Shown here: positions 53,668 through 64,000 of the stretch, in pieces
Layout: each line of letters opens with the position of its first letter
How positions within the stretch are numbered: the stretch's first letter is position 1
Source: Anthoceros angustus
Taxonomy: Eukaryota > Plantae > Anthocerotophyta
Direction of reading: 5' to 3'
Assembly (NCBI GenBank): GCA_010909165.1
Contig: MU008161.1
Location: 1,302,001-1,366,000, forward strand
DNA: 64,000 bases
The notes under the pieces: generated by a model
What the model saw: the letters and a program-made list of their open reading frames with translations, nothing else
Database searches by the model: none
What the model was told of the DNA's origin: nothing
Made by a program: the position numbers and the translations under genes

Positions 53668-55014
53668 TCAAATCATAGTCGAGATGGTTGGCGTCTCCCA
53701 CACATCGAAGACATCCTCCTCGTTGTGCAACACAAATAGCCGATCACCACCCACGGTGATGTCAGCAATTGCTCCGCCTCCTGTCTGCCCCAGCACGGCT
53801 GTCTCCACACTACGTTCTGTCTCCCAATTAGGGCTGCACAACACGCTGACGTGATCGTGCTTGCTGGCAAACAGCTGAGAGCCCCACACAGCAAGCTTGG
53901 AGCAGCACCTCTCCTCCGAGTCGGGGATTTTTGTGGAATGGCCAAGATGGCTCCACCTCGGTCCGTGGGTGTGGCCAGCTCTGACATCAATAAGGCCCAA
54001 GTGATCAAACTGGTTCACCATACAGATGGTGGAACACTCCTCCATGGCCACAGCGTCCATAACAACCTTTTCGTCGGAACCTCCTAGGATGGCGCCGTCC
54101 GAGTTCGTCCAGGGCCAGACTTTCCCCTTCGCTCTGGGATCTACCAGGCTGATAAAGCTGTCATCACTGGGATACAGGGTTGCCACCATCAGGAGCTTAC
54201 CCTGCGGCAGCCATTGCAGCTTGCTTGCATTCCCCAAAGGCCACACTCCTTCATACATGAAATGAATCTGCTGTCCCGTGGTCTGGTCCCAAATCCCGAT
54301 GCCATGCTCGTTGCTTCTGCCTCTGCAACGGGCAAACAGATGCTCCCCTTCGCTGCTAGCCAGCGCACTTGCCGTAAAGTTTTTACTGTGTCCGTCATGG
54401 CTCACCTTGTATCTATGCACTATCTCCCCAGTGGCCACATCGAAGGACGCCATGCCCCCCAGCGTTTCGCTCCGCTCGCAGGTGCCAATCACCACTCTCT
54501 GAGGACCCATGAAGTCCACGTCGTTGATGGTCATGTAATCCAGATTGAGAGGAGCCTGCTGCTGCAACGTCCAGTCATACACATGCACCATCGCCCCATG
54601 CGCCACACAGCACCCTCCCTCACTGTTGGCCTTGATGGCCGTCCCATCTCCTTTTGCACACCCCCTGATGGAGGCAATGCGCGTCAACCGGTTCCCATCC
54701 AAAGCCCCAGACCTGGCACCCCGCACATGGTCCAGAACCCCGTAATACAGAGCCTCACGGTACAGGGCCTTCTCCGACATGCCGGCAGGGATATGCAGCT
54801 CTTCCGTCCTCAAAAGATCCAGCAGCACAGAAAAATACTTTGGATTCCTGTCGATGAAAAACTCCCCACCTTGACACGAGGGCTGCCCCGAGCTCTGCCA
54901 TGAGGAATCAATCATAGCAGCCAACATCGAGTTCCTCCCCGCATTGGCAATTGTAGCACGGCTGGTCACAAAAATCTTTCCTCCCACATTAAGTCTAACC
55001 CGGTCATGAGACAT
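53668..55014 (-). CDS. KCTD-type BTB/POZ protein with a probable C-terminal beta-propeller (At2g24240-like), intronless
   Basis: DRVRLNVGGKIF, FFIDRNPKYFSVLLDLLRT, REALYYG and GGDRLFVLHNEEDVFDVWET. First ATG at 55014. Confidence 0.92.
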   Translation of the reverse strand: MSHDRVRLNVGGKIFVTSRATIANAGRNSMLAAMIDSSWQSSGQPSCQGGEFFIDRNPKYFSVLLDLLRTEELHIPAGMSEKALYREALYYGVLDHVRGARSGALDGNRLTRIASIRGCAKGDGTAIKANSEGGCCVAHGAMVHVYDWTLQQQAPLNLDYMTINDVDFMGPQRVVIGTCERSETLGGMASFDVATGEIVHRYKVSHDGHSKNFTASALASSEGEHLFARCRGRSNEHGIGIWDQTTGQQIHFMYEGVWPLGNASKLQWLPQGKLLMVATLYPSDDSFISLVDPRAKGKVWPWTNSDGAILGGSDEKVVMDAVAMEECSTICMVNQFDHLGLIDVRAGHTHGPRWSHLGHSTKIPDSEERCCSKLAVWGSQLFASKHDHVSVLCSPNWETERSVETAVLGQTGGGAIADITVGGDRLFVLHNEEDVFDVWETPTISTMI

Positions 55015-56781
55015 GGTCACCACATAACCTTCAGCGCTCCCCCTTCTCTTCTGCTCCTCTCCCCACTTCTCCCCTCCAGCAGCACCTCCTTCCAGCTCCC
55101 TACCCTTGAGATCTCAGAACCAGAGCGGAAAATCCGACGCCACCGTCTCCTTCCCTCCACCGCTCTTTGGCACAGGACATGTCCTCCAGCACCAGAACCA
55201 GCTGCAGAGCAAGAGCAACGCCCAACAGCCTCCCCAAACAACAACCCAACAAAGTTCAAATCTCGAACGCGCATGCAAGAGAGACCCAATTCCCGTCCCA
55301 GCACAGCATCCCGGTTGCCAGAAACCCGTCACCAGATCAGCTCTCAGCCTACTTCCCTGGGAACGGAGCAACACCGGAGTCCCGGAATCTGAAATTGCCC
55401 ATCCCAAGCCAGAGCGCGCCCGGAAAGCCACATCCAGATCCCCGTTGCGGCTCCAGCGGCTGGGCCAGTCCGCTGGCCGCAGGTGAGCGCATCCAACACG
55501 AACCCGGCTCCGTGGGCAGCGGCAGCGCCGACTGCGAGCGGCCCAGAGCAGGAACGCGCAGCGCACGCTACAGGTGGCAGCGCACCACAAGAGCCTGCGG
55601 GGACGAGGAAAGTCGGAGCCGGAGCAGGAGAAGGAGGCTGCAATACAGGAGACACGCAGAATTGGGGGGGACATTCCTGTGGCACGCACGAGCGTGCACC
55701 ACAGCGCTGCACTGTTCTCTCTCTCTCCCGCCCTGCGTCCGGCCCGCCATTCTTGGCCGATTCGTCCACACGAATCGAGAGTTACGATTCTCGCATCACG
55801 GTGAGTCGCGAGTCGCGACTCGCTGACACTCGTCTCCCTCGGGGTGGTTGGAACTTGGAACACTCTGGCAGATAACAGGAAGGAATGTGCGGGGACAGTG
55901 GTCGGCCTGGCCTGGCTTGGCTTACCGGTAGCATCTCCCGGCCGGCCCTAACCGGGCCGTGGGGCCGCTCCCATCTGGATCTATCGCCCAGGGCGTCAAC
56001 TGCCGCGTGCTGGGAAGGTGAGCGGCCCATCCTGCATCGTCGCCATGACCATGACAATGTCAATTCTTCCACTCTGATGATGACGAATGCCTGTCAGCTC
56101 TGCACTGACAAGTTGCAACCCAAGTCAAGTGTGTCCATAGCTAACCCGGCTCCTGATTATGCGCCTTGAACACAAATCCCAACAGACTGTACCGAGCTGT
56201 GATCACCTGGATCATTAGCCACCTCTTCCAGAATCTCAGTGCGGAAGTGGGGAGCCCAGGTCAGGAATGTGTGTGTACATGTGCAATCATTCTCTTTCTG
56301 ACAGGAACATCTTTGCCGGCCTCTCTTATCGTAACCCATGTCTTCACGCTGCTAATCCGGGTCGCTGGATAAGCTCACCTCCATGTGATAATCTCTGCTG
56401 CGAACATGTCAAACACATGGATGATTTGCCTCGGATTAGAAGCAGACATGTTCTAGAATGAGGCCGCTCCGCCTCTGCCACACACATGTCGAGGGATTCT
56501 TGGTCGCCGGGAGTCAAAAGTGGAAACTCATGCACTGGCATTTCTGCTGTAAAGGAGGTCGCAATGGGTGAGAGACGTACAAAGTCACGGGACGGGACCC
56601 AGCTTTAAAGGAATTGGGCTCTCCCTACTTTATAGCGACGGACTGGGGAAAGGTGAGAATCCTGGCTGCACGGCAGAACCTTTGTATTACATACCTCGCT
56701 CTTTCAAAGCTGTGTTCCGTGTGTGTGTTGTAGACATAGTGATGCATACGTGGACAAAACCTTGAGACCCAGAACGTGAGC

Positions 56782-58049
56782 TTACGAGCTTGGTCCAGCA
56801 GCGCCAGACGTCCAGAGAGAGTACACTTTCTGACCTACTTTGCATTCCACTCTTGTTACTTGGGATGACCACCGTGGCATGAGTGTGGTGGGCTGTCCAT
56901 CCTTTTCCGTGAGTTTGTTGAGTTGCTCGGTTAAACTTGTAAGTCGAGTCATCTCATCGCCAGAAACCCATGCCAGAGAGATGTGCGGTCGAGGGTTCTG
57001 CATTACAGAAACATCACATAACGAGGATGAGTGAAGGGTGAAGGATGGATGCGGCAGCCAAAGGACATCACAAACACAGTACCTGATAGAAGGGAGGAAG
57101 ATTGTGGAGTTTGTAGACTTCATCTACCAGGAGGACTTGCTTTTTTATCTGCGCACGACACAAGTCAGTCACAGCTTCTACTTCTTCGCAGCTGGGAGTT
57201 GGAGTGCAGGACATGGAGAGAATGGGACCACAGGCAGTCAGTGGTACCTCAGTGACACCAGCTGCAACCGCTTCCAGTGCTAGAAATGATCTTGTCCGCT
57301 CGTCGTTGATGAATGCCTCCCAGATACCAAACTCTATACCGTACCTGTTGTGCTGAATCACACAACGGTCCTAGCCTTAATTAACCGAACGGGGAAATAG
57401 TATGACTGCCAGAAACACACACTCCCAACAAGTTCCACATCAAGAGCACACCTTTTCTGGCTGGCAAACTTGCGGCGCAGCATCTGCACTATCGAATCTA
57501 TCTGGTGAACGCGGATTGGCACAGTCCTTCCAAGGCTGATGTGGTATTCGTTGCACAGAGCGATCTCTTGGCCGTCACCAGCTTTTACACACTCATCCTC
57601 CATGGATTGCAAATCCGGAAACAGCACAGCTGCTTTCTTCATGGATGGCCGCAGCTTCATCCTGGCAAAAGCCGACAGAGCAACTGCAGGACCCATTTCC
57701 AGAAAATGGGAGATCAATCCTCCTTCAGACCAACAGGGGAGAATGCATAACCCCACCACACCACCTCCAGCTCCAAAACATCACGCAAAGTACCTGGAAC
57801 GTAGACATGTAGAGCGTAGTTGCCTTTCACGTGAGGAAAATTTCGAACTTTACCTCCAGAGATGGCTAAATCTGCCCCTGCGCGAAACCACATGTGAGCC
57901 AAGCACCATCGCTCATGCTGTACGCCAAGCTCCAAGACAAGTTTACCTGAGGAGGGGAAGGAACGGAGAAGCTCGTCAGGGGGAGGAGGCAAAGCAACAT
58001 CCTCGCCCTCAGAATCGGAGTCGGATGCATACACCTGCAGCGCCTCCAT
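56782..58049 (-). CDS. USB1: U6 snRNA phosphodiesterase, multi-exon
   Basis: RNFPHVKGNYALHVY, two 2H motifs (YHISL and PHISL), FINDERTRSFLAL and VECKVGQK. Confidence 0.92.
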
Positions 58050-58067
58050 CGATCGGCAGAGTTTTGT

Positions 58068-58076
58068 GAAACCCTA
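58068..58076 (+). promoter_or_regulatory. Telo-box in the USB1/TRS31 divergent intergenic region
   Basis: AAACCCTA lies within the 126 bp separating the two ATGs. Confidence 0.55.
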
Positions 58077-58175
58077 TCTTGGTACCCGGGTTACTCCGAC
58101 GCCGACTTGCCACCCTTCGATCCGCCTCGCTAGCTGTGGCCACAGCCTGGGAGAAGATCGCAGAGGACAGGGGAG

Positions 58176-59529
58176 ATGATAGGAGTGGGCAGGCCCAAGC
58201 AGTATGTCAATGTTGTCGACAGACCGCTCGGCAAGGGCAAGACAGAGGTGAGCTCGCCGTTGCTCGAGTCCGTCACCTTTGCTTCAGTCGTAGAGTCACC
58301 TTCAAGGGAGAAGAGATATCATGTTTTGGTGCCCTCTTGGGTCAGGTGAGCTTGAGCGTCTTCTCCTTCCTCTTCTCGGAGCTGGTCCAGTATAACCAGA
58401 CACGGGTGGACAACATCGCCGAATTGGAGCGCAGGTATGTTGTCCAGCTGAATGTTCTGTCTGTGGTCAGCTTTGTCACTCCTGCACGTTGAATTACAGA
58501 ATTAGGATCACATGGGACTGCTAACCTGGGCGCCTCCAGTCCATGCCCGCAATTGGTCTTGTAGCCTGTTGCCGGAAGACTAGATTTGCCTCCACTGGCT
58601 GTTGACTGATGCTGCTCTTGAACTGGAGGTGAAGGGCAGGCTGGAAGATGCTGGCTATGGGGTTGGATTGAGAATGCTGGAGCTGCTATGTCACAGGGAC
58701 AAGGTTAGTAACATACATATTCCAGGTGCATCAGGCAATCCCGCTTCACGGCATGGTGATTACCCTTTTGTTGGATCGAGCAGGGAAATAGGAGAGAGAC
58801 GAGGCTACTGGGCATTCTTTCTTTTGTCCACAGCACAGTGTGGAAGGCTTTGTTTGGGAAGGTGAGCAGCTACCTGCTGTTAGGTTGCTGAAGATTTTAG
58901 CATCCTCAGCCGGATGGTAACAGATAGTAGTAGGTATATCGGGTTTGGTATTCTTGGTAAGCAGACTGATCTCTCGATGCAGGTTGCTGACTCCCTGGAG
59001 AAAGGCACGGAACATGAGGACGAGTACATGATCAGTGAAAAGGAATTGCTTGTCAACAAGTACGGTATTTGTGTGCAGTTCGTGGCGTATATAATCTCAT
59101 GTCTGTGTCTACCCGTATCCTCATATCCTCTACCGCACATGGCAGATATATATCGGTTCCGAAGGACATGGGAGCTTTCAACTGTGGTGCCTTCGTTGCT
59201 GGGGTCGTAAAGGTTGTGAGCAGGAACTGTTGTCTGGACCAAACCCTTCTTGCTGCAAACCTTGATAAGGGCATCTTTGATTCTGACCCACTTGTCTTCG
59301 CAGGGAGTGTTAGACGGTGCAGGCTTTCCAGCAAGAGTCACTGCACACTTCGTTGCTGTAGAGGGCCAGCCGCGGCCTCGAACAACCATTCTTATCAAAT
59401 TTGCTGAAGAGGTACAGGTTGACGTGCAAGTTAGCTGCTCTTGTCACAATGGTGGGCTACTTCAACATGGTAATTGACCTTGTTGTCTGTTTCCTGCAGG
59501 TGCTGCAGAGAGAAGCTAGGTTAGGCTGA
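58176..59529 (+). CDS. TRS31: TRAPP complex subunit 5, multi-exon
   Basis: [49 protein letters not shown] and GFPARVTAH. Ends VLQREARLG*. Confidence 0.95.
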
Positions 59530-60289
59530 AATCGGTGGATGGCAGACAGACAGACTACCTGGCATGCACCTAAGCAAGATTTCAAGGAAGAATCACTTCT
59601 TATTAAGATCCCGATTAATTAATCGCCTTCTTTGAACCATCATCTTGTTGCGACATCAAGCCTCCATCAGACATGAGCTCTCTAACTAGAGCTTGAGAGG
59701 AGGCCCAGGGTATGTTAGAATTTCTGTCGTGATTGAAGGTATGCTAGATTTTGCTGTGCATGTACAGTATGTTGTAATGTTTCACCCTTCGAAAGTAGAA
59801 CCGTTGAGCGAACTTGAGAGCAGATGAAGCCATTGACATCTATGTAAAACCCGCGGTCCGCCGAGTGCCAAACGTTCAGGAGTTTGATTGCCGGTACCCT
59901 CCGGCAGCTGGTGCACTCAACCATAGTTAGCTGCAACCATTACTCCTATGTGCCGTTGAGAGGAAACAGCCAAGGACATGTTATCAGCAGAAAAGATTGG
60001 TTGGCCATTCTGCTTCCAAGGCCTCGGAATACACTGGTGAGCATGTTTCACAATCGGTCCAAAATGGGACAATAAATATTATTGTACATTTGGGCTCCAA
60101 TGACAGACACTAGCGACTGGGTGGTCCCACTTGCAGCAGCTCGCACTAGTGTATGGTATGCTACAATAACAATGAAAGGAGGCAGCGAGCAGTGGAGGAG
60201 GAATCCAACCCAGAGGAACCTTCCTCGAGCAGAGAAAAGAAAGAGAAGGAAAAGGAACGGAAAGGAAAAGAGGGGTAAAAACTTGTCGG

Positions 60290-62650
60290 CTAGGACAGAG
60301 TTGTACTGTGCCTTCTATGGGGCTTGGGGAAGGGGGGATGCTCAATCCCAGTGCCCAATTCAGAGTCCAGCCCTGAATCCGCCTGCCTGCTGCATCCCAG
60401 CTTGGTCAGATCGAAGGACTTGAAGACCCGGCGCTTGCTCTTGCCCAGCTTCTGAATCTCAGTCCGCATGTGCGCACATTCCCTCTCCAGATCATGCACC
60501 CTGGCCCTCATCTTGTCCATGTCCACCTTGAGCACCTGGTTCTCCCTAACCACGTTGGCCCAGGGCCCCCCAGCGCCGGCTGGCGGAGCAGGAGCAACCC
60601 CGGACCCCAAAATGTTCCCGCTGTGATCCCCGCCCGGGTTGGAGCGGTAGCTGGGGCGGCTGTTGTGCTCCGCCGGGTCCGTGACATGGAAGCAGCCGGC
60701 TATGGCGGTGCGCAGCTGCAGCTGCTCGAAGAAGAGCACCTGCACCACCACCCGCAGCGGCAGCCGCTCGTTCTGCGCTGCGTGAGTGCACGCCTCCAGG
60801 GACAGCTTCTGGCAGTCCATCACCCGGCACAGCCGCTCCCGCTCGTGCTCCATGAGCCAGGGGTGCGCCTTGAGGTAGATGTCCACGGCCCTGTACAGCC
60901 CGTCGTCCATGAGCCTGGCGTAGTCCGGCAGCGCCTCCGCCAGCGCCTGGAACTTCCCCGGCTTCAGATTCACGTCCGGCGCCACCTCCGCCAAGTACAC
61001 GTCCAGCAGCTTGGCCACGATGAAGATGGGGTTCAGCGACGGGGATCCCACCAGCTGCACCTCCCCCTGTGCCTGCGCCTGCGCCGGCGACGCCCCGCTC
61101 TCCTGCAACGGTTGCGCCGCCTGGTCCAGCAGCAGGAAGTGGTCCAGAATCCGCTGCACCGTCTCCACATCGTACAGCGTCTCCACCGCGTAGCTGTAGT
61201 TGGGCATCAAGAGATCATCCAGCGTCGCCTGCTCCAGCTGCAGCCCGATCCGCCTCTCAAGACTACTCTTGCACAACGGACTGGCTCCCAGAATCATGGA
61301 GCTCCGCAACATCCCGAACAGAAACCTGCAAGAACAAACCCCCTTCTGCATCGGCAGCAACCTCTCCAGCGTCTCCAGCAGCAGCTTGGGGTCCGTCTCC
61401 CCCCCGCCTCCCGCGCCCCCGATAGCCAGCAGCTTCCCGCTCTCCGCGCTCAGATTCCCGGACGCCGCGTGCCGCTTCTGCAGCCCCGGGAGATTCTTCT
61501 TGGCGTAATGCACCACGGCCCCCGCCAAGCTCTGTGCCCGCATCCCCTTGGCCTGCAGAGCCGAGATCACCTCCTCGTAGAAATGCAGGTGCAGGGAAGC
61601 GAGATCCGCGTACCACCAGTCCGCGGCCCCGAGCCCTCCCGCCATGGCCCCCGCCCGCACCGCGCCCGTGCTGATCCCGTTCCACAGAATGCTCCCCCCC
61701 GGACTGGTGGGCTGCTGCTGCTGAACCCCCGGATCCGAGCACGCCCTGGCCGCCACCGCGTCCACGCACTTCCTCACAATCCCCAGCCGCTCCGCGTGCG
61801 GAGCGAGATTGGGAGCCTGGCAGGCATGCAGCGCCCGCACCGAGTCCCTCCAGCTCCGCAGCACCACCTGGTCCAGGAAGGCGTCCGCCTTGGCCACCAG
61901 ATTTCCCTCCGCCACCTCCTCCGTCATCTGGAGGTAGTCCGCCGCGCAGAAGACGGCCGGAACGTTCCCCGCCGCCAGCTCCACCCGCACGCCGTAGCAG
62001 AACTTGGCGCAGACCTCGAAGGCGTGCGCTCCCCCGGGGATGTCCTCCAGCTGCAGCACGCACTTGCCCTCCCCGTGCCGGGACACCAGGTCCGCCAATT
62101 TGGCCGACCTCGCCAGCAAGGGGAACTTGTGGAGATGGAAGCTCACGTCCTCCACCTCGATCACCACGTCCGAGGGCAGCCCCGTGGTGTAGAACCAATC
62201 CTGCCCCCGGCGGTGGAAGCCGTGCGCCGGCTGCTGCTGCTGCTGTGCGGAGGAAGACGAAGCTCCTGCTCCTGCTCCGGCTCCTCCTGACCCTGCTCCT
62301 ACTCCTGTTGCTGCTCCCTTGCCTGCCCCAGAGCCAGAAGCGGCAGCAGGAGCGGGCACGGCGGAGGCCGCGGCGGCGGCGGCAGCCATGGCGGCCATGC
62401 CTCTCCTGCTCCTGCTGCTGCTGCTGCTGGCGGCTCTGGAGCGTCGCCTCCTGCCGCTGCCGGTACCGGTGCCGCGCCTGCTCCCGGACCCGCCAGCCCC
62501 TGCCCCTGCCGCTGCCGCTGCCGCTGCCGCTGCAGACGCGTCCGCCTCGTCCGCCTCCAGGTCCGCTTCCGCGTCTCCTGCGCCGGTGCCGGCATCAAGC
62601 GGGGGCCGGGGCGGGCTCGGGCTGGAGCTCTCCTTCACCTCCGGCTCCAT
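60290..62650 (-). CDS. NPH3/RPT2-like (NRL) BTB-NPH3 protein, single 786-aa ORF
   Basis: FHLHKFPL, IPGGAHAFEVCAKFCYG, DWWYADL, DDGLYRAVDIYLKAHP, HAAQNERLPLR, a coiled coil and C-terminal RRHS. Confidence 0.95.
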   Translation of the reverse strand: MEPEVKESSSPSPPRPPLDAGTGAGDAEADLEADEADASAAAAAAAAAGAGAGGSGSRRGTGTGSGRRRRSRAASSSSSRSRRGMAAMAAAAAAASAVPAPAAASGSGAGKGAATGVGAGSGGAGAGAGASSSSAQQQQQPAHGFHRRGQDWFYTTGLPSDVVIEVEDVSFHLHKFPLLARSAKLADLVSRHGEGKCVLQLEDIPGGAHAFEVCAKFCYGVRVELAAGNVPAVFCAADYLQMTEEVAEGNLVAKADAFLDQVVLRSWRDSVRALHACQAPNLAPHAERLGIVRKCVDAVAARACSDPGVQQQQPTSPGGSILWNGISTGAVRAGAMAGGLGAADWWYADLASLHLHFYEEVISALQAKGMRAQSLAGAVVHYAKKNLPGLQKRHAASGNLSAESGKLLAIGGAGGGGETDPKLLLETLERLLPMQKGVCSCRFLFGMLRSSMILGASPLCKSSLERRIGLQLEQATLDDLLMPNYSYAVETLYDVETVQRILDHFLLLDQAAQPLQESGASPAQAQAQGEVQLVGSPSLNPIFIVAKLLDVYLAEVAPDVNLKPGKFQALAEALPDYARLMDDGLYRAVDIYLKAHPWLMEHERERLCRVMDCQKLSLEACTHAAQNERLPLRVVVQVLFFEQLQLRTAIAGCFHVTDPAEHNSRPSYRSNPGGDHSGNILGSGVAPAPPAGAGGPWANVVRENQVLKVDMDKMRARVHDLERECAHMRTEIQKLGKSKRRVFKSFDLTKLGCSRQADSGLDSELGTGIEHPPFPKPHRRHSTTLS

Positions 62651-63692
62651 CTACATGTACTGGAAGAAGGGGATGCAGCGATGGCGGCAAAGCTGTGGGC
62701 CAATGGCGAGCCCGCACTCTGCCTGTCACACTCTGCCCTGGCCTGCCTCTGCCCTGGGCCTGCTCTGCTCTGCTGCTACCGAGCTCCGGCTCCGGCTCCG
62801 GCTCGCGCTCCCATGGCAGCCTGCTCCGACAACCGGATCTTCCTGCGCGTGTGTGCCAGATCTGGGTGCCGCCCTCGCAAATCGGCTTCCCGCGCGCTCT
62901 CGATCATCCGCGCACCAGCATCATCGCTCTACAAAACATCCCTCTTCCTGGTTGGTCTCCTTCCTCGCCTTCTTCCTCGCCCTCTCACATGCGGGTGCGG
63001 CTTCTTCCTAGTCTCTCGTAACCCGGCCCTGCTCCGCGCTATCTCCGCGCTTCAGCGCTCTGGATCGAGCGATCGAGCCTGCGCTGTGCTCCGCCACTGC
63101 CGCTGCCGTGCCCCCTCCAACCTGGAAGAAAGAGGCAGCCCAGCACAGCCCAGCCCAGACCCAGGGCCCTGCCCGGCCCTGCCGGCCCACCACGGTGATG
63201 CCACCTGACAACAGCCTGGCCTCGTCTCTTGCACTTGCCCTGCCCCTCAGCGCTCATCTACATATCATGTCATGTCGTCCATCTCACCACCGGCCTCAGC
63301 ACCCAGCACAGGACTCAAGAGCACAGAGGTCGGCACAGGTTCTTTCTCTGTGGCCAGAGGCGCACTGTGCGCCCCACTCGCTGCGCGTGCTCCCAGGCAC
63401 TCTGAGCAGCACTCGCCCTTTTTCTTTCCTTTCTTTCTCGTTGCTCGAGCATCGGCATCATCGTGCACCAAGGCTGCACACCGCACAGCATTCTTGCCTG
63501 AGCAGATTATTGCACCACGGCGGCCATGAATGCGTGGCCCGGTTGGTGGACATGCTGCTGAGCAGGACACAGTGGAAACGGATGCTATCATTCACTGCTT
63601 TGGGTGGGGTTTGCTTATCTGTCTATCTACTATGCTACTACCCCTTTGGGTGATGCCTGAACGACAGGAGGAGGAGGTGTGTGATGAATGCG

Positions 63693-64000
63693 TCATAGCC
63701 TGGAGGGTACGCCCCCGGCGATCACCAGCGTCTCCCCGCTCACATACGAGGCGTCGTCGGACGCCAGGAACGCCACCGCAGCCGCCATGTTTTCGGGGGT
63801 TCCCAGCCTCTTCAGGAGAGTCTGCTCCTCCAGCCTATTCCTCTGCATGCATTACAATTCGAGGTGAGGTGAGGTGAGCTGTGGGAAAGCCGTACCCAAG
63901 ACTGACGTAGGAAAAAAGCTTTTCTGTCAGTCCAGCTTTGGAGGAGGAAAGTGGCATGACAGCACATCGTCGGGTAACGAGCTCACCATTTCCGGGGTGG
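63693..64000 (-). CDS. Peroxisomal short-chain dehydrogenase/reductase (IBR1/DHRS4-like), 3' end only
   Basis: Last exon 63842-63693 reads RNRLEEQTLLKRLGTPENMAAAVAFLASDDASYVSGETLVIAGGVPSRL*, ending in the PTS1 signal SRL. The preceding exon begins beyond the window. Confidence 0.88.

Noticed and set aside
56074-56110. ATGATGA...CTGA as a C/D snoRNA
   Set aside because: The boxes are too close together and no rRNA guide was recognised.
60470-62290. 606-aa plus-strand ORF, and similar long antisense ORFs over CYP94, METE and the BTB gene
   Set aside because: These are shadow ORFs caused by high GC3 on the opposite coding strand.

Overview
Eukaryotic nuclear DNA from a land plant. The short (about 70-150 bp) GT-AG introns, compact GC-rich genes and PLS-class PPR, NPH3-like and CYP94-like genes suggest a non-seed plant such as a lycophyte; that placement is inference. 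Roughly 1-42 kb is mostly repeat and pseudogene territory: a rearranged Ty3/Gypsy element, a mosaic of host-gene fragments, an HSP70-12-like remnant, and CACTA-like and retroelement debris. It also holds an intact CYP94-like P450, RPS19 and two identical box C/D snoRNAs. Roughly 43-64 kb is gene-dense: MetE, TIP41, an LRRC57-like gene, a KCTD-type BTB gene, USB1, TRS31, an NPH3-family gene and the 3' end of a peroxisomal SDR. The most unusual element is a ~6 kb segment (10440-16504) that splits a Gypsy RNase H and is flanked by a CTT direct repeat. It carries a disrupted gene joining a ParB/sulfiredoxin-like domain to a bacterial-type beta-class N4C/N6A DNA methyltransferase, with clusters of GCATGC-centred palindromes. 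Four ~1.5-1.7 kb tandem duplications with indel-rich copies look like assembly artefacts, so frameshifts in those areas need checking against reads.
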